Source of the DNA: Synechococcaceae cyanobacterium
GTDB lineage: Bacteria; Cyanobacteriota; Cyanobacteriia; PCC-6307; Cyanobiaceae
Assembly: GCA_046319055.1 (NCBI GenBank)
Contig: JBKCTK010000004.1
Coordinates: 1-49,592 of the forward strand
Direction: 5' to 3'
DNA: 49,592 nucleotides
Numbering within the stretch: the stretch's first letter is position 1; every line of letters starts with the position of its first letter. Below, in pieces: positions 11,181-21,014 of this stretch. The translations under genes and the position numbers were made by a program. The notes below the pieces were generated by a model. The model did not search any database. It saw nothing but the letters and a program-made list of their open reading frames with translations, and was not told the origin of the DNA.

Positions 11181-11333
11181 CCTGATCAGCAACAAAGTCC
11201 TGCAGAGACAACGAACTTGAGGGGGGAATGCTGACTGGCACCCATGAGCCACCACAAAGCGAGGCGCTGGAAGCCAGTTCTTGCCATGCGTTAGGAAGCA
11301 TTCTCCCGATGCAGAGCTTTGTTGCTGATCAGG
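11181..11333 (+). mobile_element. MITE family A (153 bp), copy 1
   Basis: TIRs CCTGATCAGCAACAAAG / CTTTGTTGCTGATCAGG; interior aligns with copies at 24558, 40680, 44131, 47901; degenerate flanks AGGAAAAA / AGAAAAAG. Confidence 0.85.
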
Positions 11334-11714
11334 AGAAAAAGATAATCCATTTGCGGATTTAGCCGCCTAGCTGCCTCATCAGTGCTTCCAATCGACATTG
11401 AAGCATGGATTACACGACCACAGCAGCACGCCCCGACTTGACTATGCAGTGCAAAATGCAGTACAAAAGATTAACAGTGCAACAACATCGCAGGCCGAGT
11501 CTGAATTCATGCTTCACCAGCCCCTCAGACAAGCAGCCTTGGAGGGCAGCTCCTGGCACCACAGAAGCCAGTCGTGCAGCCAGTGGGGAGCACCCGTGGC
11601 GCGGCCGCAGCTGCGGTGGTTGGGACCTTCTTGCTGCTGGCGGTTGACTCCTCTGGCGAGGATCTCCCGGGAGCGGACGGAGTTCGTGCAGAGCTCTCCG
11701 CGACGTGGCGGGGT

Positions 11715-11836
11715 CCTGCTCCGCCACAAGGTTCCGTAGAGCCAAGCGAAGCATCTTTTCAGGGTCTTACCGGAGAAACCTTCCAGGCCGTGCTTGGGGC
11801 CTGGAAGGAGCGGGCGGGGTTTTGTTGCTGATCAGG
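11715..11836 (+). mobile_element. MITE family A' (about 120 bp; same TIRs as A, different interior)
   Basis: Left CCTGCTCCGCCACAAGGTTCCGTAGAGC, right TTTTGTTGCTGATCAGG; interior aligns with the reverse complement of the 40580-40856 element. Confidence 0.7.
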
Positions 11837-11952
11837 TTCGGGGATAAGGCGCTGGTCTGCGCCATCTCTTCAGCAACGCTCCCAACGGATCGTCCCGCCG
11901 TTGTTCCAGCACCACGGCCGTTGTTGTCCGCTGTGTTGTCTTGGGCTGCGGC

Positions 11953-12537
11953 TCAGCCCATCCCCTGGAGATAGGCCGCGGCCCCCAGCTCTTGCAGCCG
12001 CTGGTCCTTGGCCACTACCTGGTCATGCAGGCTGGCGCTGTAGGCCGCCAGCCGTGCCGCCAGGGCCCCATCCGCCGTGGCCAGGATGCGAGCCGCCAGC
12101 AGGCCGGCATTGAGGCCACCGCCGATCGCCACCGTGGCCACCGGGATTCCGGCCGGCATCTGCACGATCGAATGCAACGAATCCACGCCCGCGAGGGCCT
12201 TGCTTTGCACCGGCACGCCAATCACCGGCAGGGTGGTGAGCGAGGCCACCATGCCCGGCAGGTGGGCAGCGCCACCCGCCCCGGCGATGATCACCTTCAA
12301 CCCCCGAACCGCCGCCGCCTCGGCGAAGGCCACCATCTCCAGCGGCGTGCGATGGGCCGACAACACCCGCACCTCGCAGGCCACGCCGAAGCTCGTTAGC
12401 AGCTCCGCCGCTGGCGCCATGGTGGGCAGGTCGGAATCGCTGCCCATGATCACGGCCACCCGGGCAACCGGGGCAAGCGGGGCAACCGGATCAGCGGCGG
12501 CTTCAGCCACGATGGGCAGGCGCAATGGCGCTGGCAT
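11953..12537 (-). CDS. purE: N5-CAIR mutase
   Basis: [47 protein letters not shown]. Confidence 0.97.
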   Translation of the reverse strand: MPAPLRLPIVAEAAADPVAPLAPVARVAVIMGSDSDLPTMAPAAELLTSFGVACEVRVLSAHRTPLEMVAFAEAAAVRGLKVIIAGAGGAAHLPGMVASLTTLPVIGVPVQSKALAGVDSLHSIVQMPAGIPVATVAIGGGLNAGLLAARILATADGALAARLAAYSASLHDQVVAKDQRLQELGAAAYLQGMG

Positions 12538-12564
12538 TCTCACCCCGCCTCTGGCGAACTCCCG

Positions 12565-13800
12565 ATGCACTGGCTGACCAACGTGCGCCTACCGCTGGAG
12601 CGGGCCTGCGGCCATGGCCGGCAGCGGCGCTGGCGCGTCGGCGTCGACGACCAGGGGCGCATCGCCCGTCTGGTGCCCCTCGATCCCGCCAGCCATGCCG
12701 CCGGCGACGACTGGCAGGGCGACTGGCTCAGCCCGATGGGGGTCGACCTGCAGATCAATGGCGGCCTGGGCCTGGCCTTCCCGGAGCTGTCGGAGGCGGA
12801 TTTGCCCCGGCTGGAGGGGTTGCTGGAGCGGCTGTGGGCCGATGGCGTCGAGGCGATCTCCCCCACCCTGGTGACCTGCGCCGTGGGGCCGCTGCGCCAG
12901 GCGCTCCGTGTGCTGCGGCAAGCCCGCCAACGCCACCGGCCGGGCCGGTGCCTCCTGCTGGGGGCCCACCTGGAGGGACCCTTCTTAGCCCCTGGCCGCC
13001 GCGGCGCCCACCCGGCGGACCACCTGGCGCCGCCGAGCCTGGAGGCCTTGGAGGAGCGCATCGGCGGCTTCCGCTGCGGCGCCGCCTGGCCCGCCGCTGA
13101 CACTGATGCCAACGCCGAGGCTGCCTGCAACAGCCCCTCCGCCATCGCCGCTGACATCGCCCTGGTGACCCTGGCGCCGGAGCTGGAGGGCAGCAAGGCT
13201 GTGATCGCTGAGCTGCGCCGCCGCGGCGTGCTGGTGAGCCTGGGCCACAGCGCCGCCGACGAAGGCCAGGCCAACGCCGCCGTCGATGCGGGCGTGACGC
13301 TGCGCCCCCACGCCCTCCATGCCCTGCCCGGCCTGCAGCACCGGTCGCCGGGGCCGGTGGCGGCCGCGTTGCTGCACGACGACGTGAGCCTGGGGCTGAT
13401 CGCCGATGGAGTGCATGTAGCCCCCTCGATGGCGGTGCTGCTGCAACGGCTCGCGCCCGACCGGGTGGTGCTGGTCAGCGATGCCTTGGCCCCCTACGGC
13501 CTGGAGGATGGCCTGCACCGCTGGGACGACCGCGAGCTGCACGTGCGGGAGGGCAGTTGCCGCCTCGCCGACGGCACCCTGGCGGGCGTGACCTTGCCGC
13601 TGTTGGAGGGGGTGGCGCGGCTGGCCCGCTGGAGCGGCCGGCCGGAGCGGGCGATCGCCGCGGCCACGCTGCTCCCCCGCCGGGTGCTGGGGGAGCAGCG
13701 GCCGTTGGAGCAGCTGCTGATCGGTCGAAGGCTTGGCGAGACGCTGCGCTGGAGCCTGCGGGAGGGGGAACTGAGTTGGTGCCGGGCCGCGGCTGGGTGA
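12565..13800 (+). CDS. nagA: N-acetylglucosamine-6-phosphate deacetylase
   Basis: DLQINGG, HLEGPF, GAHP, TLAPE, SLGHS, IADGVH, VSDA, GTLAG. Confidence 0.92.
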   Translation: MHWLTNVRLPLERACGHGRQRRWRVGVDDQGRIARLVPLDPASHAAGDDWQGDWLSPMGVDLQINGGLGLAFPELSEADLPRLEGLLERLWADGVEAISPTLVTCAVGPLRQALRVLRQARQRHRPGRCLLLGAHLEGPFLAPGRRGAHPADHLAPPSLEALEERIGGFRCGAAWPAADTDANAEAACNSPSAIAADIALVTLAPELEGSKAVIAELRRRGVLVSLGHSAADEGQANAAVDAGVTLRPHALHALPGLQHRSPGPVAAALLHDDVSLGLIADGVHVAPSMAVLLQRLAPDRVVLVSDALAPYGLEDGLHRWDDRELHVREGSCRLADGTLAGVTLPLLEGVARLARWSGRPERAIAAATLLPRRVLGEQRPLEQLLIGRRLGETLRWSLREGELSWCRAAAG

Positions 13801-13983
13801 GTTGCAGCTCACAGCCCGCACCGACAAGGCGATTTGATCGCAACATCTGCGGCCTGTTCCACCGCCGCCCCAACGCTCTCGGCTGGGGGAACTGGAGGAG
13901 TTCAAGCGTTGGAGGTGGCACCCGGGCCGGGCCTGGAGCCGCCAAAGCAGCGCCCAAGGCGCGAGCCCTCTGAGCCTCCCCCG

Positions 13984-14535
13984 ATGGCCGCGGACTAGCC
14001 CACCCGCTGCGGCCGTGAGCACCGAAAATTTATAGCAGGCCGCAAAGACCGCGGTGAAAGCGACTTCGAGATCATCGGCTTCGAGCGCTGGAACCGGCTT
14101 GACTGGGAAGGGACACCGTCGACAATGTGCGGCCCAACAGCCGGGTTGGCCATCAACAACCGTGGATGAAGCGCTCAGCTGGCTGCGAGAGCTGGGTGAT
14201 CTCGCCCGTCACAACGTCTGCGATGCCGGCTGCGATGTCGGCAGCCTGGCCCATTCCGCTGGCGGGGGCGGGATCGGTGGCGGCCAGCCACCTGTCGGAG
14301 GCGATGGTGAGCGCAGCTCAGCGGGGCCCATCCTTTCCAGTAAAGAGCAATCACCTGACGCCACGGCTGGTGATGCTGAAGCGCGTGGACCAGCTTTTTT
14401 GCCGGCCCAAGAAAGACAAGCCGAGCCAATCAACGTCGGCAAGTTTGAATTGTTGTCGCTTCAGACTGCCGCGGATTCGGTCGAGTCAATAGCAATATTC
14501 TGCTAGCCTCTTTCTATTGCAGCAAGCTGATTTCA
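13984..14535 (+). pseudogene. chlM: Decayed, frameshifted, internally deleted copy of chlM
   Basis: Colinear with 20241-20987: GGCTTCGAGCGCTGGAACCGG is identical; fragments TVDEALSWLRE, CDAGCDVGSLA, IPLAGAGSVAASHLSEAMVS, TPRLVMLKRVDQLF and ASFYCSKLIS match ChlM segments in shifting frames; TAG shortly after the ATG. Confidence 0.85.
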
Positions 14536-15082
14536 ACCAACACGGTTATGAAATCGCTGCATGACGCGGGGCCGACCGACCGACTCAGGACCCGATGCAG
14601 ACAGTCCAGCCAACCATCACAATAAAAATAGACCGACCGGAGAAGATACTCAGCATCTAAATGATCAGATCACCAGCCCCGGGCCTGACGGAAGCCAATC
14701 GCAAAGCATCTCAGGCTGAAGAATCGATCCAACTTCAGATATCGCATAACCAGGCGGTGAACCACAAAAGCAGTCATCGCTATCAACGCAAGAACATAAG
14801 GCGGATGAAAATGCCATAATGCATTCAATGCACATCTCCATCTTGAGGACAAATCAGCAGCTTAGAGGGTGTCGCCGCCACATCGCCATCCAAGCGCAGA
14901 CAGCCGCAAAACAATCATTTCAGCAAATGTCGATTCGCAAAACGTGAAGATTTGTAGGGAGCAGGGAATGAACCATGCGGTTCAAACACCCCTATCTTAT
15001 TGAACATTAAAAAGGGCAAAAGCAACAAAAGGCGATAACCTTATCAGATCATCGCCGTTTGGACTACAGTTGTTTTGAATGC

Positions 15083-15124
15083 AAAAACAAAGGGGCATGG
15101 ACTTAAAAAGTTTACCCATGCCCT
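15083..15124 (-). terminator. Probable intrinsic terminator of the first CTERM gene
   Basis: GGGCATGG...CCATGCCC stem followed on the minus strand by a U-rich tract, just after the stop at 15135. Confidence 0.55.
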
Positions 15125-15134
15125 CGGATCTCAT

Positions 15135-16001
15135 TCAGAGGCGACCAGCTAAGCGGCGGCGCAGGCGTCGTGACCAGCTAAACGCAACACCAGCACCGAG
15201 AACGGGCAACGGCCCTGGAACAGTGGGGTTGGGGGGAGGCGGAGTATTTCCTTCAACGATTTTTACATTGTCAAGCAGCAGGAAGGGTGGCAAAGCCCCG
15301 CCAGTGCTCGTTCCCGGAGTGCCTCCAACCATGGCACCCCAAGCCTGGAAAATGAGGTCGATCGGCCCTGAGACGGAAGGAATGAAGGAGGTTTCGTAAG
15401 ACTTCCAATCGGTAAATCCTTGAGAAGGATTGGTCCAAGGACCGACTTCAAAATCAGGCCCGAAACCCTTTACAATCCACTTTTGGGTGGTAGCTCCAGT
15501 GTAGTTTTTCTGTTGAGCCCCAGCATATTCAAAACTGAGCTTGTAGGTCTTACCAGCATCTAAACTAGAAATCGTTTGGGTCATTTGTGATTGACCATAG
15601 TCACCGTCAATCGTCAAATACTTGCCACCATTGGATGACGGCTTAGGATCGTAGAATTTAACAAAATCATTGGCCCACGCCGCTGTGGGGATACCGCTTG
15701 TTTCGGCGCTTGTTTGATCAGCGATGAAGGCATAACCCTGGGAAGAAGGAGTACCAGGGGTAACATTGGCAATACAGTTTAGCAAACAAGTTTTTGTCCA
15801 ACCATTCACGGTTACCCCCGTACTCTGGGACGCATTCGTGACAGGGGTAACAACCTGGATTTGACCGATACCATTCAGGCCGCCGGATGTGTCTTCAAAA
15901 TCACCATTGATGACGAAGTTCGTTGCCGCGAAGACTGGGGTTGCCGCTAGAACGGCGGCGGAACCCAGGACGGGAACTAAGGACTTTGGGTGGAGGCGCA
16001 T
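15135..16001 (-). CDS. Secreted beta-rich protein with PEP-CTERM-like (VPGPLP) sorting tail, paralog 1
   Basis: Signal peptide MRLHPKSLVPVLGSAAVLAATPVFA; NFVINGDFE...LLLDNVKI (CBM/DUF642-like boundaries); Pro linker; tail VPGPLPVLGAGVAFSWSRRLRRRL. Confidence 0.85.
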   Translation of the reverse strand: MRLHPKSLVPVLGSAAVLAATPVFAATNFVINGDFEDTSGGLNGIGQIQVVTPVTNASQSTGVTVNGWTKTCLLNCIANVTPGTPSSQGYAFIADQTSAETSGIPTAAWANDFVKFYDPKPSSNGGKYLTIDGDYGQSQMTQTISSLDAGKTYKLSFEYAGAQQKNYTGATTQKWIVKGFGPDFEVGPWTNPSQGFTDWKSYETSFIPSVSGPIDLIFQAWGAMVGGTPGTSTGGALPPFLLLDNVKIVEGNTPPPPNPTVPGPLPVLGAGVAFSWSRRLRRRLAGRL

Positions 16002-16585
16002 TTGGCGAAGCGAGACTGTTAGCATCTTATGCCAAGTTGCACTCAACCGGCAACCCTGCAAGCAAGTTTGACCCTTGGCAGCCGCGCCCCCGCCTGGGGA
16101 GCAGGCCCGGCCCGAGGACTTGCGGCGCCGAAATGCATCAATAGATACACAATGGCCCGTATAGGAACTCGAGCAATTCATAACATTTGTGGCGATTCCT
16201 TCGACGGTTGAGCCGCTCCCGGCTGACCATAGTCATCCGCCGCAAGGCGGACTGGCCCACGGTTCGTGGCGAGACACCGCCTCGCTGGTGTGCAGCGACC
16301 TCAGATCCCGCAAGACCAGATCATCGCCTCCGTACGCAACAGACGCCTAGCTCAACCTGGTGTCAGGGTGTCAGATCCTGCTCAAGTTCGCACGATGCCC
16401 GGTAGCTCTCACTGCGGCTGCCGCCGGCTGTGGGGACTGGTTGATCCCAGCCGTGCTCCGCTGAAGCACCCTTGATCACAGCCCTCGCTCTGCGGCCATG
16501 GATCCCCTCTTCTCGTCTGCTCAAGGCTCAGAAACGACCTTCGGGACGGCGGAGGGCCTCTCCGAGCACGACTTCGATCTGACGT

Positions 16586-17332
16586 TTGCAGCCTCTGGCC
16601 TTGGTGGTCGCAGCGCTTGCCCTCTTTGGTGTGTTCGCGATTCGAGGGCTGACCGGGATGCTGCCACCCGCCATTCTCAACCCAGCCTGGCAGCTGCGGC
16701 TGGCAGCCGGCCTGATTGGCAGCGCCTTCTTACCGCTGCTCGGACTCTGCCTCTTCCATCTCTGGCGTGTCTTGCCTTATGCCGATAGTCAGCCTCGACG
16801 CTTCTTGATGAATTTCACGGTCATTCTCAAACGCTTGGCCGTGTTGGCGACCCTTGGCTTTTTGCTGTTGCTACCGCTGCAGGCCCGCGCCGGATGGGAG
16901 CTGATCAACACCAACTTTCGTGCAGTTAATGCCGATGTGCCGTCGACACCGGCACAACGACGCTTCGATGCCATGAAGCAAGCGATCCGCCAAGCCCCTG
17001 ATGCGGCCAGAATTCAGCGCCAGCTCACCATCCTGCGGGGGCCGGTCATCGCCGCTCAGGACATGCGCAAGCCCTTGCCTGAGTTACGGGGCATGTTGCT
17101 GCAAGCCCTTGCTGAGGCCCGCCACAGTGTGGGCGCCAATTCCCAGCGGCAAAACGCGACGCGAGTCGCGATGTTGCTTCAGGAGTGCATGCAAAACAGT
17201 CTCAGCGCCCTGGCTTACGCCATTGGTTTCGCGGCTTTCGCCCAGCGTCCACCGCGCACTCAAGCTGTGTTCGGGATGCCTCCTGAATCACTGCTTGAGG
17301 AAGTTCTGGCCTGGATAAAACGCAAGGTTTGA
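16586..17332 (+). CDS. HpsJ-like membrane protein (family associated with cyanoexosortase systems)
   Basis: Three N-terminal TM helices with PPAILNPAWQ..LI....LPLLG, a soluble helical region and a C-terminal TM; family recognised from memory; TTG start uncertain. Confidence 0.6.
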   Translation: MQPLALVVAALALFGVFAIRGLTGMLPPAILNPAWQLRLAAGLIGSAFLPLLGLCLFHLWRVLPYADSQPRRFLMNFTVILKRLAVLATLGFLLLLPLQARAGWELINTNFRAVNADVPSTPAQRRFDAMKQAIRQAPDAARIQRQLTILRGPVIAAQDMRKPLPELRGMLLQALAEARHSVGANSQRQNATRVAMLLQECMQNSLSALAYAIGFAAFAQRPPRTQAVFGMPPESLLEEVLAWIKRKV

Positions 17333-17582
17333 TTTCAATCCAGGCAAACTATGTCGATGGGGCCATCAAGCGAGCCGAGTCATTACAAGGATGGCTCGAC
17401 TAATTGAATCAACTGGAGCGCATTAGGACATTGAAGGAATCAATACCTCGATCCAGGAAAAACCAGGAATGATTGATCACAGAGACTGCATACAATCCCC
17501 TTATTAGTCGATTGGAACCTCAAGCGAACAAGACTTATCTATAGGCAACTTCCAAGTAGTTGAGGCAAGGATCCATCAGATA

Positions 17583-18374
17583 TCAGGAAGCAATCTGGGG
17601 ATCGCTTTCATCACGAACCCTGATGCCGCAGGATGCAGGCCAACGCCGGGTTGGCAAATAATATGTACCAAAGACGCGGTCGATCCAGGGGAAAATGGCT
17701 GCATAGTTTTTGTCAATACTTTCGGGAGATTCGTTGCTATGGTGCCAGTGATGGAAGGCAGGCGATGCAAGCCACTGCTCAAGGAATCCAAAGCGCCAAT
17801 TCACGTTGGCGTGAACCAAAAACGCCCAAACAGAAACGATGAATGCATAGATGGACATGACCGCCGTGCCTTGACCAAGGGAGCCTTGTGCAAAACCACA
17901 TAGATAGATAGCAACCAATCCCGAAAACTTCAAAAATGTAGTGTCAAACGGGTGGGCGCGATTGGTGACCAACCAATCAATCTGCTCTGCCTGGTGATGA
18001 ACCTTATGAAAAGACCAAAGAAGCGGATTTTCGTGGCTCCAGCGATGCCCCCAGTAGGCGCCAATATCTCCCACGACGATTGCAAGCGGAAACTTCAGCC
18101 ACAGTGGCAGAGCCCCAACCCAGCCCAAAATCCCCATTGCGTAGATCGGTTTGACGATAACAATCAGAAAACTAACAAGCAGTCCTAGCAGCATTGCTGG
18201 AATGATGCTGTTGACAAAGAAAAAGGCAACATCCGCGCCAAGCTGGGGCCGCAAGAAGGAGGCCGCGCGACGCTTAAACAATAATTCTAAAGGGATAAAG
18301 ATAACGGCCATGAGAACAAAGAGCTTGGCCGTCTGGGCCAGGGCGTGGGGCAGGTTGGCGAGGACGGATGGCAT
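17583..18374 (-). CDS. Sterol desaturase / fatty-acid hydroxylase family protein
   Basis: His boxes YWGHRWSH, FHKVHH, RAHPFD, LVHAN, FHHWHH; KNYA..FPWIDRVFGT. Confidence 0.92.
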   Translation of the reverse strand: MPSVLANLPHALAQTAKLFVLMAVIFIPLELLFKRRAASFLRPQLGADVAFFFVNSIIPAMLLGLLVSFLIVIVKPIYAMGILGWVGALPLWLKFPLAIVVGDIGAYWGHRWSHENPLLWSFHKVHHQAEQIDWLVTNRAHPFDTTFLKFSGLVAIYLCGFAQGSLGQGTAVMSIYAFIVSVWAFLVHANVNWRFGFLEQWLASPAFHHWHHSNESPESIDKNYAAIFPWIDRVFGTYYLPTRRWPASCGIRVRDESDPQIAS

Positions 18375-18557
18375 GGCCAGTCAGGTGCAACAACACATTT
18401 TGTTTCAAGATCATAAGCGCTGAACCGCAGCTGTGAAGTTGTGAGCCGGTTGGATCAGGGCAGCTGGCGCACGCCAGATCGCCATCGGCCAATGCGCTGG
18501 TGGGCCAGACATCAATCTCAAATGGCATGAGATAGCTGATGATCAACCTCGTGCAGC

Positions 18558-18602
18558 AAAAAAAGGAGGGGGCAGCATCAGATCAAAACTGATGCTGCCC
18601 CC
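18558..18602 (-). terminator. Intrinsic terminator of the second CTERM gene
   Basis: Perfect 14-bp stem GGGGGCAGCATCAG / CTGATGCTGCCCCC with a U7 tract on the minus strand. Confidence 0.8.
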
Positions 18603-18658
18603 GTACGGTTCATCAATGATGCAGAGGAGCCAGTTTCAGCCCTGTTGAGATCTGCGAC

Positions 18659-19570
18659 TCAATCCTTGGTCGATGCCGCAATCCTGCTACGCAACTTGCG
18701 GCTCCAGCCCAGGGCCAAGCCAGCACCGAGGATTGGCAGTGGGCCTGGGACTGTAGGCGGCGGCGGTGGGGGCGTTGTCGTTTCAACGATCTGCACGTTG
18801 TCCAGCAACAGGAATGGAGGCAAGCTGCCACTCGTGACGGCACGTCCCCAGGATTCAAATGTCAATGTGAGGCTCGTTGCAAGCGGCGTGAAAGCGCTGC
18901 TCGTAAAGGTTTCCCAAGGCGTGAATCCCCGGCTGGGATTTGTCCAAACAGGTGTGCTGTAACTCGTGCCACCCAAGGCCACCTTCCACTGCTGCTGCGT
19001 ATCGCCAAATTCACCTGTTTCCTGGGCACCCGCATACTGGTAGCTCAATTTGTACTGCTTGGATGTATCGAATCCGCTGACGACTTGACTTAAAATCGAA
19101 GCGCCATAGTCACCATCGGCACCGATAAACTTATTGGACGCTGAGGAACCGGGAGGGCCCGAGAAAAGATTGTTCTGCGGGTTCGGTCCATAATCGGGGC
19201 CCCAGAGAAAAATGTTTGTAGGGGGATTAGCACCGTTTGAGAACTTCGAAGGGAAGCCGCCGCCCTGATTGGGATAGTTAGAACCCGTAGTCCTGTTATC
19301 GGCATCCTGATTGATGACAAACGCAAACCCATCAGACCCATCACTGACGACCGAGGTCTTGGTCCAGTTTGCCAGGGTGACGATGTTGTCGATCTGGCCG
19401 ATCCCACCGGAACTGGTGGGCCATGTTCCGACATTATTCGGGGTGGAATTTTCAAAATCGCCGTTCTGCACAAGATTCACCACAGGAGCGGCTTGGGCAG
19501 ATGTAGAGCAAAGCAGCGACCATCCAATTGCCGCTGATGCTCCCAAAAGCGAGGCTTTTAGCCTTGGCAT
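18659..19570 (-). CDS. Secreted beta-rich protein with PEP-CTERM-like (VPGPLP) sorting tail, paralog 2
   Basis: Signal peptide ending AQA; NLVQNGDFE, DGDYG, YAGAQ, WTNPSRGFT, LPPFLLLDNV shared with paralog 1; tail VPGPLPILGAGLALGWSRKLRSRI. Confidence 0.87.
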   Translation of the reverse strand: MPRLKASLLGASAAIGWSLLCSTSAQAAPVVNLVQNGDFENSTPNNVGTWPTSSGGIGQIDNIVTLANWTKTSVVSDGSDGFAFVINQDADNRTTGSNYPNQGGGFPSKFSNGANPPTNIFLWGPDYGPNPQNNLFSGPPGSSASNKFIGADGDYGASILSQVVSGFDTSKQYKLSYQYAGAQETGEFGDTQQQWKVALGGTSYSTPVWTNPSRGFTPWETFTSSAFTPLATSLTLTFESWGRAVTSGSLPPFLLLDNVQIVETTTPPPPPPTVPGPLPILGAGLALGWSRKLRSRIAASTKD

Positions 19571-19668
19571 AATTGAGAAAAAGCAAAGGAACGCGGTTCG
19601 CAGGAGCAAATTTGCGTCTTAGGCGCGAAACGAGCCTGCTTCGTCATTAGAGCACATTTGCGCCAGAA

Positions 19669-19701
19669 GGCAACACGCGGGCAACACGCGGGCAACATGT
19701 G
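19669..19701. repeat. 3 x 11-bp tandem repeat upstream of CTERM paralog 2
   Basis: GGCAACACGCG GGCAACACGCG GGCAACATGTG. Confidence 0.8.
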
Positions 19702-20240
19702 TGATCGATCCGCCATGGGCGCAGGGGAACCTTTCTCGAGACCAGGACGGTCCAACCTGAACATGGGGCCTCTTCTCCCGGGCAGGCGCCTCAATCTCCT
19801 TTCGCGTCTCAGCGGGATCCAGTTCGAGATGGGGTCCGCGTCCCCGGCGCGCTGGAGCCGATCGGGCTGGATCCGATCCGCACATCTGGCTCAGAACACC
19901 ATTCCCATGCAACCCAGCAACAGCGCGTTGAAGAGCACCGCCAGGCCAAGGGGAAAGCTCCCAGCCTCAAGCCTCCAGAAGGGCCGGCCAGGTTGGACGT
20001 GGCCATCGATGCCAAACGGCCAAGCCATGGCGAATCGCCAGATTCTCGTTCTTTAAAGCTTTCGTCGCTAGCGCCCGGTTAACACCAGGCCGGAGCAGGC
20101 CAACAGGGGAGACCTGCTGAAGCCCTCCAGCCCCAAACTCTTGGAAAGCATTGCGCCAGCACAGTCGAACGGCCCTGGGCGGGTTCATGGGCAGCCCGCA
20201 TCCCCTCCCTAGGATCCGCCTCTACCGCGCCTCCGCCCCG

Positions 20241-20987
20241 ATGACCTCCGCTCCCCAGGCCAGACCGGATGCCCTGGGCGCCTCCGGCTCCCTGGACGCC
20301 AAGCAGGCCGAGAAAGCCGAGGTGAAGGGCTATTTCGAGACCACCGGCTTCGAGCGCTGGAACCGGATTTACAGCGACAGCGACGCCGTCAACAACGTGC
20401 AGCGCAACATCCGCATCGGCCACCAAAAAACGGTGGATGAGGCGCTTCGCTGGCTGCGGGAGCAGGGCGCTTTGGAGCAGCGCAGCTTCTGCGACGCCGG
20501 CTGCGGTGTTGGCAGCCTGGCCATCCCGCTGGCCTTGGCCGGAGCCGGCTCCGTCGTCGCCAGCGACCTGTCGGAAGCCATGGTGAGCGAGGCCGAGCGC
20601 CGCGCCGCCGCGGCCAACATCTCCCCCGAGCGCATCAGCTTTGTGGCCTCCGACCTCGAAAGCCTTCAAGGCCGCTACGACACGGTGATCTGCCTGGATG
20701 TGTTCATCCACTACCCGCAGGCCGCCGCGGAGGAGATGGTGCGCCATCTGGCCTCCCTGGCGGAGCGGCGGCTGATCGTCAGCTTTGCGCCCTACACCCC
20801 TCTACTGGCGTTGCTCAAGGGGATCGGCCAGCTGTTCCCCGGCCCCAGCAAAACCACCCGGGCTTATCAGCTGCGCGAGGACGGCATCGTGGCGGCGGCA
20901 GCGGGGTGCGGCTTCAAGGTTACGCAAGCCAGCCTCAACCAGGCTCCCTTCTATTACTCACGGCTGATGTCCTTCGAGCGGGGCTGA
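20241..20987 (+). CDS. chlM: Mg-protoporphyrin IX methyltransferase
   Basis: EVKGYFETTGFERWNRIYS, CDAGCGVGSL, CLDVFIHYP, FPGPSKTTRAY. Confidence 0.97.
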   Translation: MTSAPQARPDALGASGSLDAKQAEKAEVKGYFETTGFERWNRIYSDSDAVNNVQRNIRIGHQKTVDEALRWLREQGALEQRSFCDAGCGVGSLAIPLALAGAGSVVASDLSEAMVSEAERRAAAANISPERISFVASDLESLQGRYDTVICLDVFIHYPQAAAEEMVRHLASLAERRLIVSFAPYTPLLALLKGIGQLFPGPSKTTRAYQLREDGIVAAAAGCGFKVTQASLNQAPFYYSRLMSFERG

Positions 20988-21014
20988 AGCCGATGGGCTT
21001 GGATCTCGACCCTG

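Noticed and set aside
14670-14852. 60-aa hydrophobic ORF inside the island
   Set aside because: TTG start and no recognisable motif; may be a gene relic but is unsupported.
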